A stretch of 64,000 nucleotides of DNA from Chloroflexota bacterium (GCA_038040265.1 JBBPIP010000010.1:9901-73900), one strand, 5' to 3'; shown: positions 16,004-26,477, numbered from the stretch's first letter. Notes: a model not told the origin generated them from the letters alone. Numbers and translations are program-made.

Positions 16004-18403
16004 ATGAACGAAGGGCGCACCCTCCCAGCGGTCCAACGCGCATACCTCTACATCGTCGCGCTCGTCGGAATCCACATGGTCGTCCTCGCGGTCGCGAACC
16101 TCCTGCGGGTCGGAGCGGAGATCGCCGTGAGCGCGCCATCCGGTGGTTTCACCGGACTCCCCTTCGTGTTCAACGACTTCAACCGCCCGAGCGAGCTCTA
16201 CCGCGAGCAGGCCAGCCTCGCGATCGCGCTCCTCGCCGTCGGCGGACCCGCGTGGTGGCTGTCCTTCCGCGCCGCCGACAACGCCGCCCGCCGCGACGTC
16301 GCGGCCCGCGCCTCGGCGATCCGCAGCTTCTACGTGCACCTGGTCATCTTCGTCACCGCGCTGCTCGTGTTCGGCTACGGGCAGCGAACGCTCGGTCTGG
16401 TCCTTCAGGGAACGTTCGCCGGCGCGCTCCCCGGGCTCTTCCTCGAACCCGCGTGGGCCGCGCGCGCGGCGGGTGCAGGCGCGATGGTCCTTACCGCTGC
16501 GGGCGCCCTTGCGTACCACGTCCGCCTCTCGGAGTCGGATCGCCGCGCCACGGTGATCGGGGGACGAGCCGCCGAGGTCCGGCACCTCGCCCTCTACGGT
16601 CTCGCGGTCATCGGCCTCTTCTTCGCGGCCTTCTCGACGGCGTTCACGCTGCAAGGGCTCTGGGACCGTGTGGTCGCTGATTCGCTCGTCACGTTGAACC
16701 GTCCCGACTTCGGACCGCCGGACTTCCAGGCGCCGACCCGCGACGAGATGCTGCGCATTCAGCTCGTAAATCAGATCCCCCCGATCCTCGCGGGCCTCGC
16801 GCTGTGGCTCGGCACGTGGCTCCCGCTGCAGCGCGGGCTGCGCCGACCGAACGCGGACGGCGAGATCGAGCGTCGATCCGTCATTCGCAAGCTCGCGATC
16901 TATCTCATCGTCGGGCTTTCGGCCATCGTGGTCCTGATCTCGACGACGTTCGGTTTGGCGGCGGTCATCCGCCGTCTGCTCGGCGATCCGTTCCAGGAGC
17001 AGTTCACGAGCGTCGTGCACGACCTCGGATTCCCGGTCGCCTTCACGATCATCTTCGCGCCGCTCTGGCTATTCCACCGTCGCGTCGTCGAAGCCGAAGC
17101 CGCGCGCGAGACCGAACTCGGCCGGGCCGCAGCCATCCGACGCCTGTACACGTACGTCGTCGCAGCGTTCGGCCTCGCGATGGCCGCGATCGGCGCGGCG
17201 GGAACGATCGGCGTCTTCGGCAGCCAGCTCATGGGGATGAACACCCATCAGAACGGGGAGACCGCGACGTACCTTTCTCTCGTTCTCGTCGGTCTCCCAG
17301 CGTGGGGCTTTCACTGGTTGCAGGCGCAGCGGCGGCTCGACGAGGCCGAGCGGCGCGCGACGCAGCGTCGCGGTTATCTCTACCTCGCGGTTCTCGGTGG
17401 CGCGATCGGGTTGCTGGTGTTCGGCTCGGCCGCGCTGTACCGGCTCCTCAACGCCGCCCTCGCAGCCGACTTCCCGCTCTCGACCTGGCACGACATCTGG
17501 CACTTCACCGTGGACGCCGCGGTCGCAGGTACGGTGTTCGCGTTCCACTGGCGCGTGATCCGCGCCGATCGGGTCGTGACCGCAGCCGCCCCGGCCATCG
17601 AAGCCGCGCCCTCGGTCTTCACCTACGTCGTGCGCGTGCCCGCACCGACCGCCGCCGAGGCCCGAGCGCGCCTCGCGGCCGCGCTCCCGGAAGCGCAGGT
17701 GACCCCTGCGGACGCGGCGTCCGGCGAAGGGGACGGCGGCCCGAGCATCGTCGCCATCGCCGGGACGCTCTTAGGCATCCTTCTCCTTCTCTTCGTTGTT
17801 TCGACGTTCGCGCTGGGCCCGTTCTTATCGTCGCAGGGCGGCGCTCCTGCCCCTGGGCCTCAAGCCCTGCCCGCGGGTCGACCGATTTGGGTCGCGACCG
17901 TGACTCAGGATCCCTTCGCGACGGAGACCAGCGGCGGTGCCTACATCCGCAGGGAAGGCGCTCTCACCTTCAATTTCAAGGAATCAGGCCAGGCGACCGT
18001 CACGTTTCCCGAGTTTGCGGCACCGTTCATGGCGATCGCGGTGATCTCCAGCACGCCGGAGTCGGATGGAACGCTCCTGTGGCGAGTGCGCGCGGTCGGC
18101 GAGAGGAGCGTGGCGCTGCGGGTCAACGTGTCCAGCCACTCGGCCGATCTCGTCTACCACGACGAGACCAGCGGCGTCACGGAAGTGCTCGGCAATGCCA
18201 TACCGCTACGGGACCTCTCGACCCCGATGGAGTTCGCAGTCCTTGTGCGCACGCCCGGCTACGTGGTGTTCATGGACGGAAAGCCGATGATCGAGGTGAC
18301 CGAAGAGCGTCTCGATACAACGAGCTCCGCGCTCTCGATGACGGCAACCGGGACCACGGGGATGATCGCGTTGATCGAGCTCCGCGTGCACGAGGCACCC
18401 TAG
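16004..18403 (+). CDS. Large integral membrane protein with 4-5 tandem two-helix repeats and a C-terminal beta-rich domain of about 200 aa; hypothetical
   Basis: ATG at 16004 (MNEGRTLPAVQRAYLYIV...). Repeated unit is [PxWxxxW/H...RR] helix + [AIRxxYxYxV...G] helix: AIRSFYVHLVIFV / VIRKLAIYLIVGL / AIRRLYTYVVAAF / QRRGYLYLAVLGG. The track ORF starts at 15911. Confidence 0.6.
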   Translation: MNEGRTLPAVQRAYLYIVALVGIHMVVLAVANLLRVGAEIAVSAPSGGFTGLPFVFNDFNRPSELYREQASLAIALLAVGGPAWWLSFRAADNAARRDVAARASAIRSFYVHLVIFVTALLVFGYGQRTLGLVLQGTFAGALPGLFLEPAWAARAAGAGAMVLTAAGALAYHVRLSESDRRATVIGGRAAEVRHLALYGLAVIGLFFAAFSTAFTLQGLWDRVVADSLVTLNRPDFGPPDFQAPTRDEMLRIQLVNQIPPILAGLALWLGTWLPLQRGLRRPNADGEIERRSVIRKLAIYLIVGLSAIVVLISTTFGLAAVIRRLLGDPFQEQFTSVVHDLGFPVAFTIIFAPLWLFHRRVVEAEAARETELGRAAAIRRLYTYVVAAFGLAMAAIGAAGTIGVFGSQLMGMNTHQNGETATYLSLVLVGLPAWGFHWLQAQRRLDEAERRATQRRGYLYLAVLGGAIGLLVFGSAALYRLLNAALAADFPLSTWHDIWHFTVDAAVAGTVFAFHWRVIRADRVVTAAAPAIEAAPSVFTYVVRVPAPTAAEARARLAAALPEAQVTPADAASGEGDGGPSIVAIAGTLLGILLLLFVVSTFALGPFLSSQGGAPAPGPQALPAGRPIWVATVTQDPFATETSGGAYIRREGALTFNFKESGQATVTFPEFAAPFMAIAVISSTPESDGTLLWRVRAVGERSVALRVNVSSHSADLVYHDETSGVTEVLGNAIPLRDLSTPMEFAVLVRTPGYVVFMDGKPMIEVTEERLDTTSSALSMTATGTTGMIALIELRVHEAP

Positions 18404-18975
18404 GAGCCAGCGGTCCGCGAAACGCGGGCGTGATCCTCTGGTGTGTCGATGTCGTCCAGCGAACCCAGCGCCTCCGTGACGGCGAATTCGACGACGTCTT
18501 GATCCTTGAGCACCTCACGCATACCGACATCTTTGTGAAGAGCGAACGCGGCGGGCCAAAGGCTCTTGTGAAGGACCACCGGCGGCGAACGACGACCGCG
18601 CCAGACCGAGACAACCGCTGACGCGCGGGTCTCCCGGCCACGGAAGACGAGCTCGTCGATCAGCGCCGTAGTCACACCGGGAACGTCGCCGAGGAGCACG
18701 AGCGCGGCGTGCAGGTTTGAGTCGAGGCCGCGCAGGCCGATCTGGAGCGAGCTCGCGAGGCCCCGCGCGGGGTCCGGGTTGTGCACGACGCGCGCTCGAC
18801 CCGCGTCCAGCTGAGCCAGGAGATCGTCCCCGCTCGGGCCGACGACCAACACGATGTCCTCGAGGCACGATGCGTTCGCTGCGTCGATCACGTGTTGCAG
18901 CAGCGGTCGACCACCGAGTGGCGCGAGCAGCTTCTGGGCGCCGAAGCGGCGCGCTTCTCCCGCCGCGAGGATCAC
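18400..18975 (-). CDS. MobA/MocA-like nucleotidyltransferase (molybdenum-cofactor cytidylyltransferase-like)
   Basis: The GTG at 18975 gives IGGVILAAGEARRFG...KLLAPLGGRPLLQHVID, a NTP_transf_3 motif. It is the last gene of the cox operon. The track ORF's 94-aa N-terminal extension is Ser/Arg-rich and implausible. Confidence 0.7.
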   Translation of the reverse strand: MILAAGEARRFGAQKLLAPLGGRPLLQHVIDAANASCLEDIVLVVGPSGDDLLAQLDAGRARVVHNPDPARGLASSLQIGLRGLDSNLHAALVLLGDVPGVTTALIDELVFRGRETRASAVVSVWRGRRSPPVVLHKSLWPAAFALHKDVGMREVLKDQDVVEFAVTEALGSLDDIDTPEDHARVSRTAGS

Positions 18976-19000
18976 TCCGCCGATCTGCGGCGGGTCGGCC

Positions 19001-20062
19001 TCAGCGCGCGGCTGCAACCGGCTCGGCGGAGAGGCTCCGACCGCCGCGATGACGGCGAACCGCGACGATCTCGGCGAGGATCGCGAGCGCGATCTCCTCG
19101 GCGGTACCGGCGCCGATGTCGAGACCAATGGGCGCGTGGACGCGCGCGAGGTCGACCTCTCCGAAGCCCTGGTCGCGCAGCCACGCGAAACGTTCCTCAT
19201 TGGTTGTTCGGCTTCCGATCGCGCCGATATATCCGGACTCGGTTCGTAGTGCCGCAACGAGCGCGGGGTGGTCGAACTTTGGATCGTGCGTGAGGACCAC
19301 GATGGCCGAACTCGCGCCGAAGGTCAGCTTCGCGAGCGCGACGTCGGGCCATGCGAGCAGGAGCTCGTCAGCGAGAGGAAAGCGCTCGCGGTTCGCCAGC
19401 GCCTCGCGTGGATCGGCGACGACCACGCGATAGCCGACTGCTTTCGCGAGCGACGCCAGCGCCTGGGCTGTGTGCGTCGCCCCGACGATCGCGAGGAGCG
19501 GCGGGGTCCCGAGCGCCTCGAGGAAGATCGTGGCCTCGCGTCCGCCGAGTGTCGCGGGAACAGAGCGAGGTCTTCCCTCGGCCAGTGCGGCGACCGCCTG
19601 GACCTTGCTCGCCTCGAGCTCTGGAGGCCACCGGTCGACGCGATCCTCCCGCAGGATCGCGACTGTGCCAGCGCGGTCGGGAGGTGCGACGACCCGCAGG
19701 AGCACGGCTGCGCGCTCAGCGCGCACGGCTTCGAGCGCCGCGCGGTGCAGCGCGCCGACCGGCTCAATGAGCACGTCGATCTCACCCCCACACGAGAGAC
19801 CTACCGTGAAGGCGAACTCGTCGCTGATCCCATAGGTCACGACCCGCGGGTGGCCATCCTTCAACACGGCCATGGCTTCCTCGTACACCGCGGACTCGAC
19901 GCACCCGTTGCTGACTGAGCCCGCGAGCCGGTCGCCGGCGCGCGCGATGAGCGTGGCGCCGAGCTGCCGTGGAGCTGATCCCGCGATGCGCACGACGGTC
20001 GCGATCGCCACCGGCTCGCCCGTGGCGAGCCACTGCTCGAGCTCGGCCGCGACCTCTTTCAT
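19001..20062 (-). CDS. XdhC/CoxI-family molybdenum-cofactor insertion chaperone
   Basis: XdhC_CoxI N-domain (EPVAIATVVRIAGSAPRQLGATL) plus Rossmann XdhC_C (PLLAIVGATHTAQALASLA). ATG start at MKEVAAEL (20062). Confidence 0.8.
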   Translation of the reverse strand: MKEVAAELEQWLATGEPVAIATVVRIAGSAPRQLGATLIARAGDRLAGSVSNGCVESAVYEEAMAVLKDGHPRVVTYGISDEFAFTVGLSCGGEIDVLIEPVGALHRAALEAVRAERAAVLLRVVAPPDRAGTVAILREDRVDRWPPELEASKVQAVAALAEGRPRSVPATLGGREATIFLEALGTPPLLAIVGATHTAQALASLAKAVGYRVVVADPREALANRERFPLADELLLAWPDVALAKLTFGASSAIVVLTHDPKFDHPALVAALRTESGYIGAIGSRTTNEERFAWLRDQGFGEVDLARVHAPIGLDIGAGTAEEIALAILAEIVAVRRHRGGRSLSAEPVAAAR

Positions 20063-21039
20063 CGCGTGGCCGCGAGCGCGGCGGCGGGGTCCTTCAGGAA
20101 TCGGCGGCGGCACCCCTCGCCGCAGAAGTAATAGGTGGTGCCGTCGTAGTCGGCGCGGAGCGCGGTCGGCGTGATCGCGACGACCATGTCGCAGATCGGG
20201 TCGACCGCCTCGGCCGGTTTGGCCATCGGCTGGAAGTTACGGTGGGTCTCGGGCAGAGATGCGGCGACGCTCTCTCGCGCGTGCCGGTGCATCAGGATCT
20301 GCGCGAGGATCGAAAGCGCGATCTCCTCGTCGCTGGCGTGACCCATGTCGAGCCCGGCGGGATAGACGAGCCGCGTGACCTGCGCCTCGGTCAATCCGCG
20401 CCGCATCAGCGTGTCGCGAATCACGTCGCCCCTGGTCTGGCTTGCGACGAGGCCGATGTAGCTCGCCGGAGTCCGGAGCGCCTCCTCGGCCGGGTCCTCG
20501 TCCGCGTCGCCGCGCATGGCGATGACGATCGACGTGCGCGCGTCGACGTTGACGTCCGCGAGCTCGGTCGTGATGCGGTCGGCGGTGGGAAAGTCGACGG
20601 CGTTGACGTTCGGTTCCGCGACGACCACGTATCGGCCGAGCGCCGATCCGAGCGCCGCCAGCGCGCGCGCGACCGGCGTCTTTCCCAGGACGACGAGCTG
20701 CTCGGTCGGAAGGAGCGGTTCGATATGGATCTCCAGCGTGCCGCCTGAGTGGCACGTCATAGGAAAGTGTCGCACTCCAGGTCGCGGCGCTCCGGAGGTC
20801 TTGGAAATCTCGATCAGCCGTGCCTCGCCGTCGGCGATCGCCGCGACGGCCTCGCGGATAACCACCGGCGCCGCGCAGCTCCCGCCGATCCAGCCGGTGA
20901 GCCTGCCGTCCGGAGTGATGATCGCCTTCGCCCCGGGCTTCGCGGACGTCGGCCTGTCGGCGCGAACGACGGTCGCCGTCGCGAAAGGCTCGCGTCGCGC
21001 GAGGAGCTCGGCGGCGAGCTCGAAGAACGACGCGCTCAC
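20059..21039 (-). CDS. XdhC/CoxF-like protein fused to a C-terminal YHS/TRASH metal-binding domain
   Basis: Starts ...SASFFELAAELLARREPFATATVVRAD... (GTG after GGAGG) and ends DPICDMVVAITPTALRADYDGTTYYFCGEGCRRRF, a YHS consensus. The track's 560-aa ORF 20059..21741 is an artefact that runs through the upstream coxE gene in another frame. Confidence 0.65.
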   Translation of the reverse strand: MSASFFELAAELLARREPFATATVVRADRPTSAKPGAKAIITPDGRLTGWIGGSCAAPVVIREAVAAIADGEARLIEISKTSGAPRPGVRHFPMTCHSGGTLEIHIEPLLPTEQLVVLGKTPVARALAALGSALGRYVVVAEPNVNAVDFPTADRITTELADVNVDARTSIVIAMRGDADEDPAEEALRTPASYIGLVASQTRGDVIRDTLMRRGLTEAQVTRLVYPAGLDMGHASDEEIALSILAQILMHRHARESVAASLPETHRNFQPMAKPAEAVDPICDMVVAITPTALRADYDGTTYYFCGEGCRRRFLKDPAAALAATR

Positions 21040-22193
21040 GCAGCCTCCGCGCGGCGAACCGGCCGGCCGCGGCCGACGTGTCCGAGAAGCTCCGCGATGC
21101 GCGCCAGTCCGTCGAGCGTGTTCGCCGCGAGATGGTCGTCGGCGTGACCACTCAAAGCGCGCGCGCCGCGCGCGTCGGGCGAGTAGTCGCGCGTGCCCGA
21201 GAGTGGATCGAGCCAGATGAGTCGGTAGGCCGCGCGCTGCAGGCGGGCCGCTTCGCGCTCGAGCAGCGCGGGATCTCCGCGCTCCCAGCCATCGGTGACG
21301 AGTAGGACGATCGCGCCGCGGCCCAAGACCCGCCGCGACCACCGGAGATTGAACTCGTGCAGCGCTTCGCCGATGCGGGTCCCGCCGGACCAGTCCGCTA
21401 CGGCGCGCGAGACGTGCGCGAGGGCGGCATCGGGACGGCGCTCGCGCAGCTGTCGCGTGATGCGGGTCAGGCGCGTGCCGAAGGTGAATGTCTCGACGCG
21501 GCCCCAGCCTCGCGCGAGTGCGTGAGACATGTGCAGGAGGAGGCGGGTGTACGCCTCCATCGATCCGGAGACGTCGCACAGGATGACGAGCGGGCGCCGC
21601 TTCACGCGTCGCGCCCGGCGGATGAGCACGGCGGGCTCGCCGTGCGTGGCGAGCGATTTCCTCATGGTCGCGCGCGCATCCAGGCGCGACCCGTTTCGCG
21701 AGGAACGGAAGCGCCTGCTCGGGCGCTGGCCCGGCGACCACTGCAAACGCTCGAGGAAGCGCGCGGCCGCGGCGCGCTCGGCGGCGGTCATGGCCGAGAA
21801 GTCGGTGCTGCGCAGGAGCTCGGTCGGGCTTGCCATCACTCGGACGGTGCGCTCGATGAGCGACGTCATTCGGCTCGGCAGGTGCCCGAGCGGGACCTCG
21901 ATCTCGCCGGTCTCGACATCGGGCCGGCGGGCGCTGGGGATCGGCGACGAGAGACGTCCCCCGCGGAGGAGGGACCAGAAGATGTTGAACGTCACATCGA
22001 ACGCGGTGAGGTCGGCCTGGCGGGACACGAGGGCGGTGCGGCTCGCGGCGCGCACGTCGTCGGGACGCTCCAGGTCGATCTCGGCGATCGCCTGAAGATA
22101 GACGCGGGAGCGCTCGGCGTTGACGTGGACACCGGCCCGGCGAAGGAGTCGCGGGAGCATCAGGAGGTTCCGCGCGACGCGGTCGTCAGTCAC
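21036..22193 (-). CDS. coxE: CoxE-like vWA-domain protein
   Basis: vWA/MIDAS motifs: PLVILCDVSGSM, IVLLVTDGWERGDP. GTG start at 22193, overlapping the coxG stop (GTGA). Confidence 0.75.
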   Translation of the reverse strand: MTDDRVARNLLMLPRLLRRAGVHVNAERSRVYLQAIAEIDLERPDDVRAASRTALVSRQADLTAFDVTFNIFWSLLRGGRLSSPIPSARRPDVETGEIEVPLGHLPSRMTSLIERTVRVMASPTELLRSTDFSAMTAAERAAAARFLERLQWSPGQRPSRRFRSSRNGSRLDARATMRKSLATHGEPAVLIRRARRVKRRPLVILCDVSGSMEAYTRLLLHMSHALARGWGRVETFTFGTRLTRITRQLRERRPDAALAHVSRAVADWSGGTRIGEALHEFNLRWSRRVLGRGAIVLLVTDGWERGDPALLEREAARLQRAAYRLIWLDPLSGTRDYSPDARGARALSGHADDHLAANTLDGLARIAELLGHVGRGRPVRRAEAA

Positions 22194-22633
22194 GTGGCCT
22201 CGAGCTTCGCCTTGATGCAGGAGAACATCTGCTGGGTGATCTTGTCGGCCGCGCCCTGCATGAGCCTGGCGCCGACTTGCTGGATCATCCCGGACACCGA
22301 GACGTCGCTCGCCCATTTCATCGTGGTGCGCGTCCCGTCGAGCGCGGTGAGGTCCATCGTGCTTCGCATCTCGACGGCGCTCCCCGGCGCCTGGCCGCGC
22401 GCCAGCACGGAGGCATGACCGGGCTCCTCGAGCTCCGTGAACTCCACGTTCATCGAGAAGGTTCCCTTGATGGGCCCGACGCCGGCCCGGACCACGACCT
22501 TGAAGTGGCGCGGGTCGGTGATGTCGAGACTTTGCACGTCGGGCGCGCACGTCGTGACCTGCTTCGGATCGGTCAGGAAGGACCACACCCGATCGCGCGG
22601 TGCGGCTATGTCGAGCGTGCCCTCGAAACGCAT
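22190..22633 (-). CDS. coxG: CoxG (SRPBCC-fold CO-dehydrogenase subunit G)
   Basis: 147 aa; MRFEGTLDIAAPRDRVWSFLTDPKQV is typical of CoxG/polyketide_cyc2. Positioned directly after coxL. Confidence 0.8.
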   Translation of the reverse strand: MRFEGTLDIAAPRDRVWSFLTDPKQVTTCAPDVQSLDITDPRHFKVVVRAGVGPIKGTFSMNVEFTELEEPGHASVLARGQAPGSAVEMRSTMDLTALDGTRTTMKWASDVSVSGMIQQVGARLMQGAADKITQQMFSCIKAKLEAT

Positions 22634-22646
22634 CCCTTGGGCTAGG

Positions 22647-24998
22647 TCACTCCGCCACGCCGTTTTCCTTGAGGATCTTCTGCACCTTCCACGGTGTGAT
22701 TGGGATGTCGATGTGCCGAACGCCGAGATGAGCGAGCGCGTCGACGACCGCGTTCGCGATCGCCGCGGGTGCGCCGACGGTCGCTGACTCGCCGACGCCC
22801 TTCGCGCCGATGGGGTGGTGCGGCGATGGCGTCACGGTTTTGCCCAGCTCCCAGTTTGGGGTTTCCATCGCCGTGGGCAGGAGGTAGTCCATGAAGTTGC
22901 CGCCCTGTATGTTCCCGTCGTCGTCGTAGTTGATCTGCTCGTAAAGCGCGGGCGCGAGGCCCATGGTGAGGCCGCCGTGGACCTGACCCTCGACGATCAT
23001 CGGATTGATGATGGTCCCGCAGTCGTCCACCGCGACGAAGCGGCGGATCTTCACCTCGCCGGTGCCCTTGTCGATGTCGACGACGCAGATATATGAGCCG
23101 AATGGGTAGGTGAGGTTCGGGGGGTCGTAGTAGTCCACCGCCTCAAGCCCCGGCTCCATGCCCTGCGGGTGGTTCGTGTACGCGGCGAACGCGATCTCCT
23201 GCATCGTCTTCGACTTCGTCGGGACGCCCTTGACCTGGAACTTGTAGTCCTTCCACTCGATGTCGTCGGGGTTCGCTTCGAGGAGATGCGCCGCGATGAG
23301 CTTCGCCTTCTCGCGGATCTTCCGCGCCGCCAGCGCTGTGGCCGCGCCCGCGACCGGCGTGCTCCGGCTCGCATAGGTGCCGAGGCCGTACGGCGCGGTG
23401 TCCGTGTCGCCCTCCTCGACCGCGATGTCGCCGACCGGAAGCCCGAGCTCCTCGGCGACGATCTGCGCGAACGTCGTCTCGTGACCCTGACCCTGTGACT
23501 TCACACCGAGGCGGACCATCGCTTTGCCCGTCGGGTGCACGCGAATCTCGGCGGAGTCGAACATCTTGATGCCAAGGATGTCGAAGTGCTTCGACGGCCC
23601 TGCGCCGACGATCTCCGTGAAGCTTGAGATGCCGATGCCCATGAGCTCGCCCTTGGCGCGCTTCGCGGCCTGCTCCTTGCGGAGCTCGGCGTAGCCGATC
23701 TTGTCCATCGCCAGCTTGAGCGCGCGGCCGTAGTTACCGCTGTCGTATTCCCACCCGAGGACGGACTTGTACGGGAATGCTTCGGGCGGAATGAAGTTCT
23801 GCATCCGTAGCTCAGCGGGGTCCTTCTTCAGCTCGAGAGCGAGCACGTCGACGAGCCGCTCGATCGTGAAGGCGGCCTCGGTGACGCGGAACGAGCAGCG
23901 GTACGCGATGCCCCCCGGAGGCTTGTTCGTGTACGCGCCATCGACCTCGACGAACGACTTCTCGAACGGGTAGCTGCCGGTGACGACGTGGAAGAGCCCC
24001 GCCGGGAACTTGGACGGGTTCGCCGCGGCGTCGAACGCGCCGTGATCGGCGATCGTCTTCACGCGGAGGGCCTGCATCGTGCCGTCCTTCTTCGCGGCGA
24101 GCTCGGCGGTGATGTGGTAGTCCCGCGCGAACGAGTCGGCCTGGATGTTCTCGGAACGGTCTTCGATCCACTTGACCGGATGCCCGGTGAGGACCGACGC
24201 GCCGATCGCGAGCACGTAGCCCGGGTAGACCGGCACCTTGCCGCCGAAGCCACCGCCGATGTCCGGCGAGATGACGCGGATCCGCTCCTCGGAGAGGCCC
24301 AGGTGACCGGCGACGAGCGCGATGACCGTGCGAATCGCGTGGGGCGCCTGCGTCGTCATCCAGACGGTGAGCTTGCCATTGATCTTGTCGAAGCTCGCCA
24401 CCATGCCACACGTCTCGATCGAGGCGACGTGGATTCGCGGGATGTAGATGTCCTGCTTGACGACGACCTCGGCGTCGGCGAAGGCCTTGTCGGTCCCGGC
24501 CTTGTCGCCGACCTCCCAATGCCAGATGTGGTTGTCCTTCTGCGCGCGGTCCTCGCGCACGATCGTGGCGCCCGGTAGGAGCGCTTTGATCGGGTCCACC
24601 ACGACCGGAAGCGGCTCGTAGTCGACCTCGATCGCCGCGACGCCGTCGGCCGCGATGTAGCGCTCGGTCGCGACGACCGCCGCCACCTCCTGCGCCTGGT
24701 AGAGCACGGTGTCCGTCGGCAGGACCATCTGCTTGTCCGACATCAGCGTCGGCATCCACTCGAGCTTGAGCGGGACGAGGTCCTTGCCGGTGATCACGGC
24801 GAGCACGCCGGGGATGGCGAGCGCCTTCGAGGTGTCGATGCTCTTGATGCGCGCGTGCGCGTAGGGGCTGCGGGCGATGTCCATGTAGAGCATGCCCGGC
24901 AGCTTCACGTCGTCGACGTAGTTGCCGCGGCCGCGGATGAAGCGCGCGTCTTCCTTGCGCTTGACGCTCACGCCGATGCCGCCGATCTCTGTAGCCAC
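22647..24998 (-). CDS. coxL: Form I carbon-monoxide dehydrogenase large (molybdopterin) subunit
   Basis: 783 aa in the aldehyde oxidase / xanthine dehydrogenase molybdopterin-binding family. Contains the form-I-specific active-site loop GGIAYRCSFRVTEAA (AYXCSFR). Confidence 0.9.
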   Translation of the reverse strand: MATEIGGIGVSVKRKEDARFIRGRGNYVDDVKLPGMLYMDIARSPYAHARIKSIDTSKALAIPGVLAVITGKDLVPLKLEWMPTLMSDKQMVLPTDTVLYQAQEVAAVVATERYIAADGVAAIEVDYEPLPVVVDPIKALLPGATIVREDRAQKDNHIWHWEVGDKAGTDKAFADAEVVVKQDIYIPRIHVASIETCGMVASFDKINGKLTVWMTTQAPHAIRTVIALVAGHLGLSEERIRVISPDIGGGFGGKVPVYPGYVLAIGASVLTGHPVKWIEDRSENIQADSFARDYHITAELAAKKDGTMQALRVKTIADHGAFDAAANPSKFPAGLFHVVTGSYPFEKSFVEVDGAYTNKPPGGIAYRCSFRVTEAAFTIERLVDVLALELKKDPAELRMQNFIPPEAFPYKSVLGWEYDSGNYGRALKLAMDKIGYAELRKEQAAKRAKGELMGIGISSFTEIVGAGPSKHFDILGIKMFDSAEIRVHPTGKAMVRLGVKSQGQGHETTFAQIVAEELGLPVGDIAVEEGDTDTAPYGLGTYASRSTPVAGAATALAARKIREKAKLIAAHLLEANPDDIEWKDYKFQVKGVPTKSKTMQEIAFAAYTNHPQGMEPGLEAVDYYDPPNLTYPFGSYICVVDIDKGTGEVKIRRFVAVDDCGTIINPMIVEGQVHGGLTMGLAPALYEQINYDDDGNIQGGNFMDYLLPTAMETPNWELGKTVTPSPHHPIGAKGVGESATVGAPAAIANAVVDALAHLGVRHIDIPITPWKVQKILKENGVAE

Positions 24999-25002
24999 CG
25001 AA

Positions 25003-25526
<524 letters not shown>

Positions 25527-25527
<1 letters not shown>

Positions 25528-26399
25528 TAGGCACCTCCCTTCGCGCGAGCGACCGCTTTGACGATCGCCCGCTGCGTGAGCACGCGGACGACGTCCTTCT
25601 TGTATTCGGCAGGCCCGCGCAGGTCGGAGACCGGCTGGGCCGCCGCCGCCGCCCTGGACGCAGCCTCAGTGATCGTCTTGTCGTCGGGAGTCTGGCCGGT
25701 GAGCACGTCCTCGGCCCGGCCTGCGCGGATGGCTGTCGGCCCCACATTGGTGAGGCCGATGCCCGCCCGGGCGACCTTTCCGCTTGCGTCGAGCGTGAGC
25801 ATGACGGCGACGCCCGCGATCGCGAAGTCTCCGACCTTGCGCTCGAACTTGAGGTACACGCCGCCGCTCTTGGGAGCCGGCTTTGGGACGCGGATCTGAA
25901 TGAGAATCTCGTCCGGCGCGAGCGAGGTGGTGAACGTGTCGACAAAGAGCTCGTCGATCGGGATCACGCGCTCGCCCTTCGGGCCCTGCACCACGACGGA
26001 CGCGCGAACCGCGAGCATCGTCGCGGGGTGGTCGTTCGCGGGATCGGCGTGCGCGAGGTTGCCACCGATGGTCGCGAGGTTGCGCACGAGCGGATCGGCG
26101 ACCACCGCGGCTGTGTCGACGAGGATCGGATACCGCTGCCGGACGATGGGATTCGCTTCGAGGTCGTTCTCGCGGACGAGCGCACCGATGCGGAGGTCGC
26201 CGTTCTCCTTGATCTCCGACAGTCCGGCGACGCGGTTGATGTCAATGAGCAGCGCCGGTTGCGCGAGCCGGAACTTCATTAGTGGGATAAGGCTCTGGCC
26301 ACCGGCGAGGATCTTTCCCTCGCCGCCCGAGCCTCGCAGGAGCTCGATTGCGTGGGCGACGTCGCGCGCGACCGCGTAGTCAAACGATGCCGGGATCAT
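25527..26399 (-). CDS. coxM: CO dehydrogenase medium FAD-binding subunit
   Basis: FAD_binding_5 + CO_deh_flav_C: ILAGGQSLIPLMKFRLAQPALLIDI, ATIGGNLAHADP. GGAGG lies upstream of the ATG. Confidence 0.9.
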
Positions 26400-26477
26400 G
26401 TCCGCCTCCCCAAAACCCTCGCCAGACGTTCGAACTTTACACCCGCATACGTTTGAGGCCTGGGACTGGATGCCCCG

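Noticed and set aside
15977-18621. Long antisense or alternate-frame ORFs (15977..17020 minus, 16804..18621 plus, 15952..16680 plus) overlapping the repeat membrane protein gene
   Set aside because: GC-frame artefacts with Arg/Gly/Asp-rich low-complexity translations and no homology. The 830-aa frame has coherent TM periodicity.
20059-21741. 560-aa ORF spanning the XdhC-YHS gene and the 3' half of coxE
   Set aside because: Its N-terminal 230 aa are an out-of-frame read-through of coxE (Arg/Pro/Ala-rich). The real gene starts at the GTG at 21039, preceded by GGAGG.
23812-24759. 315-aa ORF in another frame of the coxL gene, plus similar ORFs at 23051..23374, 24968..25345 and 25454..25945
   Set aside because: They are embedded in strongly supported cox genes and have low-complexity Arg/Gly-rich products.
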